Below are positions 29,540 to 34,933 of a stretch of 34,933 nucleotides of DNA, piece after piece. Numbering within the stretch: the first letter of the stretch is position 1; each line of letters starts with the position of its first letter. The notes under the pieces are model-generated. The model searched no databases, was not told where the DNA came from, and was given only the letters and a program-made list of their open reading frames with translations. The position numbers were made by a program, and so were the translations under genes. The stretch lies in the IMG/VR virus record IMGVR_UViG_3300007165_000002; one strand, given 5' to 3'. The DNA is from a virus.

Positions 29540-31822
29540 TTATTTCCCGATGTCTTTGAGTTTAGTTTTCTTGCCCTTCGTTCCGGCCAAGGGTTCCAAC
29601 GCCTGTTGGGTTTGTTTTGCTTCTGCCCTAGCGGCTCTAGCCTGTCTGGCCATCGTACCAATAGAGGCGCCAGGCACCAACACGTTTAACGTCTGTTCCG
29701 CGGCGGTCGCACCCTTTTCGGCTAATGCGCCAACCAAGGTTCCGCTCTTGTTGAAGAATGAACCGCTAGGTTGAGCCTTTACGCGGGTTGCAACATCACC
29801 AAGAACGCGGAGTTGGTTGACAGTTTCGGCGGGCATGATGATGGCCATTTTTGGCTCAAGTTCTTTGAACGCCTTCATGTATGCGGCCTGACTGAAATCA
29901 CCCGCGGCGTTGATAGACTTGTCGCGCAGATATTGCAACACACCAGCAGACAACGCCTGGCGCTCTTGCGGCCCAAGGTTTGTCACCATCTGACGCACGT
30001 TTTCCTGGGTGGCTTTACCAGCACCAAAAAGAAAGTCTCGCAACACATACTCGTCTGGAACGCCTTTTTCGATGATGCTGCCGTATGCCTGGTCTCGTCT
30101 CATTAAGTCAAAACGGGCCTTGGCAGCGGCGCGGGCCTCATCAGCCAAAGGTTTGAGGGCTGCGGCACCAGGGGAGAGTGGCAGCGCATCCAATTCGTCC
30201 CGCATAAATCGAGCCGCACTTCGCTCGTTGCCGTCTTTGCTCGATGCGATGACTTTTCCAAGGTTGCGGCGCAAAGCAAGATAGTTCTCAAATGTCATCG
30301 AGTTGTTTTCCGCCATCTGAGTCAGGCTTTTCATCTGGGCCGATGGCGCGTTGTCGGTCAACAATTCTGTGCTGAGTTTTTTCTCTACGTTGGCCAACAA
30401 GGTTCTGGAGTCAATTGGAAATTGGCCACCGGCTGCATCTCTAAGCCGTTTATATTTGGCGGTGATGTCAGCCTCTATGGCGTTGTCCAAGTTTTTGTAA
30501 CCCTCTTTGACAATCTTGCCCAGGTCTGCGGGAGCGGTGCTGAAGATGTCCGGCGCCACGGTGTCGCGGAACGCATCCATATTGCCAACCAGGGCATCGT
30601 TTTGCTCTTTGAACCGCAATGCCAGTTCTGGGTTTTTGCCACGCTGGTTGTACTCTTTACTCATGGCCACAATGTCACCCGTAGCCTGGCCAGCAGTCAG
30701 CCGGACGGGCACGGGAAGGTTGACCGCCTGGGCGTGGTTTTCCAGCGCAACGGGGTTGATTCGCTCAACAGGAATGGAACGGGCCACGGCCTGGTCTGAC
30801 TCTGGGAGGCTGGCGATTGTGGCCTCAATTCGTACCGGATCACGCCGAGCGGCTGCGCCAACGCTTTGCATCGAGATGCCAGGCAACGGCTGCTGCAACG
30901 ATGGGGCGGTGCCCTTAACAATCTGACTGACCTGGGCGGCCTCTTGTGCGGTATATCGGGGCTTTGGTTCACCGACCGGAACACGGGCAACGGGCGCTTT
31001 AGCAGCCTGGAGGGCAACAAACTCTGGCGTCAACACCGGTGGCAGTTTGCTGGCCTCAAATGCTTTGCCAATTTGCTCTACGTTTTCTTTTCCAAACTCG
31101 GTGCGAGGCTGGTAAACAAACTGACCCATCCGTTTGGCAAAAACGTCCGTTCTAGTGTTGGGCTGGCCTTCGATGACGTTCCGCACCAATTGCTCACCAG
31201 CAGCCAACGGGGCCACAAACGCGCCAGTCCCTAAATTAAGAACCGTCTCCGCCATGCCAATAGGCGCCTCAAAAAAGTCTCCCACGCCGCGGATTTGACG
31301 GGGCTTTACAGGGGCGGGGGCTTCTCGGATCAAACGGCCAGACGCGTCAATTTGCGGAACCGCAGCCTGAAGAATTCGTTGTTGCTCGGCAGCGGCCTGG
31401 ATCGGCGCCTGTTGAGCCTTGACGATTCGTTGCTGGATGATGTCCTCTAGCGTTCCGAAATCGGACGGGGCTGCGGACTTGATCCGCTTATCAATAAATC
31501 CCAGTAAGTCATCCATGGGTTCGCCTTTTACTTTCTGCACATAGGACGATGGGTCTTTGGTTTTGAACCCACCGTATTGGGCCAGGGCCGCGTCAACGTC
31601 ACCCTTATTTTGATCGACAAGTTGCGTCAGGTAAATCCTGGCCGCATTTCTTGCTTGGGACTCGTTAAACGGGTCAAACTTGATGCCCTGAGATTCCAGC
31701 ATTTTGACCGTGCCAGGCATGAATTGATACGCGCCCATAGCACCGGTTTTAGGGTTGACTGCCCTTGGGTCACCGCTTGATTCCACCATCTTGAGACGGT
31801 CTAGCAAGTCATCAGTGACCAT
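29540..31822 (-). CDS. Internal virion/ejection protein with N-terminal SLT lytic transglycosylase domain (760 aa)
   Basis: VESSGDPRAVNPKTGAMGAYQFMPGTV is an SLT catalytic-region motif (nt ~31492-31822). Size and position correspond to P22 gp16. Confidence 0.8.
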   Translation of the reverse strand: MVTDDLLDRLKMVESSGDPRAVNPKTGAMGAYQFMPGTVKMLESQGIKFDPFNESQARNAARIYLTQLVDQNKGDVDAALAQYGGFKTKDPSSYVQKVKGEPMDDLLGFIDKRIKSAAPSDFGTLEDIIQQRIVKAQQAPIQAAAEQQRILQAAVPQIDASGRLIREAPAPVKPRQIRGVGDFFEAPIGMAETVLNLGTGAFVAPLAAGEQLVRNVIEGQPNTRTDVFAKRMGQFVYQPRTEFGKENVEQIGKAFEASKLPPVLTPEFVALQAAKAPVARVPVGEPKPRYTAQEAAQVSQIVKGTAPSLQQPLPGISMQSVGAAARRDPVRIEATIASLPESDQAVARSIPVERINPVALENHAQAVNLPVPVRLTAGQATGDIVAMSKEYNQRGKNPELALRFKEQNDALVGNMDAFRDTVAPDIFSTAPADLGKIVKEGYKNLDNAIEADITAKYKRLRDAAGGQFPIDSRTLLANVEKKLSTELLTDNAPSAQMKSLTQMAENNSMTFENYLALRRNLGKVIASSKDGNERSAARFMRDELDALPLSPGAAALKPLADEARAAAKARFDLMRRDQAYGSIIEKGVPDEYVLRDFLFGAGKATQENVRQMVTNLGPQERQALSAGVLQYLRDKSINAAGDFSQAAYMKAFKELEPKMAIIMPAETVNQLRVLGDVATRVKAQPSGSFFNKSGTLVGALAEKGATAAEQTLNVLVPGASIGTMARQARAARAEAKQTQQALEPLAGTKGKKTKLKDIGK

Positions 31823-31825
31823 GAC

Positions 31826-33280
31826 TTATCTCTTTGACGATTTAGATTGGCTAGGCAACGTTCCAGACTGAGACAGGGAACGGATGTTTTGAATTCTTGT
31901 TCTGAAGTCTTGCAGTTCAGCCGCATCAATCGGGAGAATCTTGTCGAGAGCCTTTTCGCGTTGATCCCTGGACATCCGAGAGTCCATGATTGACATGGCC
32001 TCAAACACTCGGTTGTCAGAAGCATTACGCGCCCAAACGTCACGATAGGCGGGAAGGTTTGCGTCACCAAACTTGGTCGCAAACGCCTGGGCACCCTGGG
32101 CCTCTAGGTCTAGCCCTTTCAGTTCACCACGCAAACGTGAGGCGATGCTCAAAAGCACTTGCGGAGGATAGGTTTCGTCACCCGTGGCTTTGCTGATCAG
32201 TTCGCGCATGGAGTCAGTCGATGCGCCTGATGCCTGGGCGATAGCAATCTGGGCGTTAGCAATGTTTTTGCTGAGTTCTTTATAACGGGCGTCACCAAAA
32301 AACACTTTTACGGCCCGCTCAATATCGGCTGGTTTGCCAGTTTCAAAGTTGACGTCTTTGGCCAGTTCGGCAGCGCCACGCAAAACTTCGTCCACGTTTC
32401 TGAGTCCGGCTGGAACCGTCATTCGAGCCGATGCTAGGCCACTTCGGTATTTGTTACCGGCGGCTTCGTCCGCCTGGTACTGAGTTGTGACCGCCATGGC
32501 CACACCAGGTTGTGGTTTCGGATAAGGCAAGTCAAACCCTGGGCCACCTGGCCGTTGAGTCATATCGGCTGACGTCACACCCCTTGGTGCCGCGGGTTGT
32601 GCTGGAGCCGCGGGTTGAACGCCTTGTGGCGCAACGGGCATATTTGCGCCCATATCTGTGCGGCCACCTTCGGCCACCGGAACGCCTGGCGCAAAACCAG
32701 GAATAGGCTGAACCGGCCTTGGCATCAGTGGGTTGACCAACGATGGCTGGCCGGCAACGGACTGAATCTCTCCGGTTCCGCGAGACAAACGAGTTGCGGA
32801 ATCGAGACCGGCCAACATCCGCTCGGTGTAATACTGTTTGAGGCCACCAGGGTTGTTCATGGCCATGGTGATATATGGTTGGGCTAGTTTTTGCCCTTGG
32901 CCTTCCCAGGGAATACCGGCGTTTTTAGACTGCTGGATGGAGTTGTCAGTCACCAACGTGACAAGTGCCTTGCGCTCATCCGATGTAAGACTATCGGGCG
33001 CGTTGGCGGCTTTTACAATCAAAGGGTTTGTAATCATGCTGGTCTGGCCAGCAGCAATGGTGTTGGCCAAACCAAGGTTGTAATCCAGAGAACCCTTAGC
33101 CGCGGTGGTCTCAGCACCAGCGGCTTCGGCCTTGGTCTTGCGGATCAGTTCTGGATACAGTTCGGACAGGCGGGAAAACTCCATGGCCTTGGTGGCCGTT
33201 CCCAACAGGTCAGACAATGACTGTTGCTGCGGGCCTTTTACGCCTAGAGCGATGTCTGGTTTGATTCCAAAATCGGCCAT
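31826..33280 (-). CDS. Ejection/internal virion protein (484 aa), gp20-position
   Basis: Large ORF with low-complexity A/G/P-rich stretches, lying between two other ejection-type genes. Confidence 0.65.
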   Translation of the reverse strand: MADFGIKPDIALGVKGPQQQSLSDLLGTATKAMEFSRLSELYPELIRKTKAEAAGAETTAAKGSLDYNLGLANTIAAGQTSMITNPLIVKAANAPDSLTSDERKALVTLVTDNSIQQSKNAGIPWEGQGQKLAQPYITMAMNNPGGLKQYYTERMLAGLDSATRLSRGTGEIQSVAGQPSLVNPLMPRPVQPIPGFAPGVPVAEGGRTDMGANMPVAPQGVQPAAPAQPAAPRGVTSADMTQRPGGPGFDLPYPKPQPGVAMAVTTQYQADEAAGNKYRSGLASARMTVPAGLRNVDEVLRGAAELAKDVNFETGKPADIERAVKVFFGDARYKELSKNIANAQIAIAQASGASTDSMRELISKATGDETYPPQVLLSIASRLRGELKGLDLEAQGAQAFATKFGDANLPAYRDVWARNASDNRVFEAMSIMDSRMSRDQREKALDKILPIDAAELQDFRTRIQNIRSLSQSGTLPSQSKSSKR

Positions 33281-33289
33281 GATTAGTCC

Positions 33290-34033
33290 TTACGCAACAT
33301 TTGTTGAAGCCGCCTGGGGCGCTATGGCTGAAGTTGGAGCCATGGTTGTAGCGGTTGGCGCCCCACCAAAACCACCAAATGGGTTTCGTCCCATCAGAGC
33401 GGACAGTTGCAAATAGTTTGCTGGGCCTTGCAGGGCGTTTGTCCACGCATTAGCGGCGCCTACTTGTCCGGCGGCTTGAGCCTGGGCACCACCTACGGCA
33501 AGGGTTCCAACGTTCTGAGCGGTTTGTTGCCCCGCGCTAATGCCTGTATTGACTGCGCCCTGACCCATTCCGGCAATGTTTGCCAGGGTGTTGTATATGT
33601 TTCCGCGCTCGGTTTGGAACCGATTGAAAGCATTTCCGTATTCAGTAGCGGCTAAATTTTGGCCATAGTCTTGCAGGGCGCGCATGGCATTTCCACCAAG
33701 CGCTCCGCCAGATACGTTGGCCAGCCGTTCCGTGGCCTGGGTTCCGTATTTCATGCGGAACGCCATGCTGGGGTCTAAATATTGGGCTAGTTGATCCCCG
33801 CTAAATTGGCCAGTTAGATACGGTTTGAGCCTATTGATGTCCTCTAAAGACTCGTAACCAATTTCACGGTATGGAGCCAAGTCCGCCCGTGACAGGTCAT
33901 ACATTTCTTTTTGGACGTCCGCCGCGTATCGCGTTGCGCCGGCAGTTGTGTCCGCAGCCGACTTGGCGGCCTTAGACCCCATGTAGCCCGAAACCAGGCT
34001 TGATCCAACTACCGCAACGGCTACCCAAGACAT
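33290..34033 (-). CDS. Ejection/internal virion protein (247 aa), gp7-position, N-terminal TM
   Basis: The N-terminal hydrophobic segment is MSWVAVAVVGSSLVSGYMG. The remainder is G/A/Q/N-rich. Confidence 0.6.
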   Translation of the reverse strand: MSWVAVAVVGSSLVSGYMGSKAAKSAADTTAGATRYAADVQKEMYDLSRADLAPYREIGYESLEDINRLKPYLTGQFSGDQLAQYLDPSMAFRMKYGTQATERLANVSGGALGGNAMRALQDYGQNLAATEYGNAFNRFQTERGNIYNTLANIAGMGQGAVNTGISAGQQTAQNVGTLAVGGAQAQAAGQVGAANAWTNALQGPANYLQLSALMGRNPFGGFGGAPTATTMAPTSAIAPQAASTNVA

Positions 34034-34488
34034 TTTTGCACCTCGCTACTGTTTACCAATTTTTTGAGTTCATTGTGTGAGTCAAACAACGCCGTCTCGT
34101 CTGGTTCGATCAATTCGGCCTCAATCTCATCCAAATCGGTCTTGTCAGTTCGGTGGAATGTAACCCCTACGGAGTCCTTCACCGCCAGCGTCACCCGCTT
34201 GGTTCCGGCTTTGGATTCAATTATATCGCCAGGCAACAAAGTAACCATACCTTTTTCAGACCAGGCAATGATTTCACCCTTCGCGCACATAAAAAAGTGG
34301 TCTTTTTTGTGGGCTTTTCCAACAATCAGGGTTCCCGCGGGTCGGCTCAATTTCCGGCAGTACATTCCGCCGGAGAAATAATGCTCAGTCTCCAGTTTGG
34401 CCTGGGGCATCTTGACCATGGCCGACTGAAGTCGGTTAATTTCCTCTAAGGTCGGAACCTTGGACAGGGTATCTACTTCAAACGTCAT
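34021..34488 (-). CDS. Hypothetical protein (155 aa), cupin-like beta-rich; sits at the P22 gp14 position
   Basis: The start at ATG 34488 has the SD AGGTG 7 nt upstream. GTLIVGKAHKKDHFFMCAKGEIIAW...LLPGDIIESKAGTKRV is cupin-like in character. Confidence 0.6.
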   Translation of the reverse strand: MTFEVDTLSKVPTLEEINRLQSAMVKMPQAKLETEHYFSGGMYCRKLSRPAGTLIVGKAHKKDHFFMCAKGEIIAWSEKGMVTLLPGDIIESKAGTKRVTLAVKDSVGVTFHRTDKTDLDEIEAELIEPDETALFDSHNELKKLVNSSEVQKCLG

Positions 34489-34696
34489 AGTAGGGCACCT
34501 TTTTGGCCTCACCGTTGACGGTGATGTTGATGAATCCAGCAGGGTTGGCCGGCAACGTAGCGGAACCCGCGGTGGCCGAGTTGCTGCTGGAAAAGTTCAA
34601 CAGGTTCAAAAACCACAATTGCCAGGCCCGCGTAGGGCGCTGGGTCTGGTCAATTAAGGGGCTGGTGGGAATTCGCTGGTTTTGTTGGACGGCCAT
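34478..34696 (-). CDS. Small protein (72 aa) at the position of the P22 gp26 needle
   Basis: Complete ORF directly after the gp10-like stop (1-nt overlap at 34696). Contains TRAWQLWFLNL and C-terminal GFINITVNGEAKKVPYYDV. Confidence 0.65.
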   Translation of the reverse strand: MAVQQNQRIPTSPLIDQTQRPTRAWQLWFLNLLNFSSSNSATAGSATLPANPAGFINITVNGEAKKVPYYDV

Positions 34697-34933
34697 CAGT
34701 TATCCCCCGCCTCGGCTTTTAGGTTGGCTGACACAATCACCGCCTTGACGGGATCAGTTACCACCACCTCGAACACTCGGTCACGCGACCAGCCCAGCCG
34801 GCGCCAAATCGCACGGTTTGCATATCGGCCCTGTTTGCCAATCGTTGTCCAGTATTCGTTGGACCAGGTCGAGCCACCGTCACTAGACCAGCGCAACATG
34901 GCTTGAGGGTCCTCGCCTTGGCCCGTGGATAAC
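34696..34933 (-). CDS. C-terminal part of the same gp10-like gene (stop at 34696-34698); 34814-34933 duplicates 1-120
   Basis: Track ORF 34696-34899 ([47 protein letters not shown]...) is the in-frame continuation of the ORF running off base 1. The motif pattern (S.DGG.tw...; w+R.Gr.R) is as recalled for the P22 gp10 C-terminus. Confidence 0.75.
   Translation of the reverse strand, partial: LSTGQGEDPQAMLRWSSDGGSTWSNEYWTTIGKQGRYANRAIWRRLGWSRDRVFEVVVTDPVKAVIVSANLKAEAGDN
34814..34933. repeat. Exact 120-bp terminal overlap, copy 2
   Basis: Identical to 1-120. Confidence 0.95.

Noticed and set aside
1-34933. Search for CRISPR arrays, DGR template/variable repeats, reverse transcriptase, an integrase/attP pair, and toxin-antitoxin pairs
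   Set aside because: No spaced direct-repeat array and no RT or integrase motifs were seen in any ORF. The only long exact repeat is the 120-bp terminal overlap. The internal protein-level repeats are explained as domain duplications.

Overview
The window is a complete, circularly closing genome of a small tailed dsDNA phage. The unit length is about 34,813 bp, because bases 1-120 are identical to 34814-34933. No integrase, CI-like repressor, DNA or RNA polymerase, primase/helicase, tRNA, CRISPR array or reverse transcriptase was seen. Three transcription blocks are visible. (1) A leftward late block runs 17.2 kb -> 1 -> (junction) -> 26.87 kb. It has a P22-type morphogenesis module: terS, PBSX-type terL, portal with a long C-terminal coiled coil, scaffold, P22-type coat, gp4-like and gp10-like head-completion proteins, and three ejection proteins including an SLT transglycosylase. 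A low-GC multi-fibre receptor-binding cassette is inserted between coat and gp4. Two free-standing homing endonucleases (HNH, GIY-YIG) sit in this block, and it ends with a 5-gene lysis cassette and an M15 endolysin. (2) A rightward early operon (23.6-26.8 kb) encodes three small acidic proteins, a winged-HTH, Erf, a YqaJ exonuclease, SSB, a micro-TM peptide and a lipoprotein. (3) A leftward middle block (23.05-17.4 kb) encodes RusA, a Ref-like HNH nuclease, a wHTH, a Dps-like protein, a Zn-ribbon/AT-hook ORF overlapping a GroES-like gene, basic micro-proteins, a secreted Cys/Thr-rich peptide and a 462-aa unknown. The most notable non-obvious signals are: a 17-bp near-palindromic operator present at all three early/middle promoters; an acr/aca-like early locus; the secreted Cys-rich micro-protein; a ~65-aa domain present three times in the two head-completion proteins; and a hairpin plus internal promoter arrangement in front of the HNH gene. 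All functional calls rest on motif recognition by eye. No database search was run.
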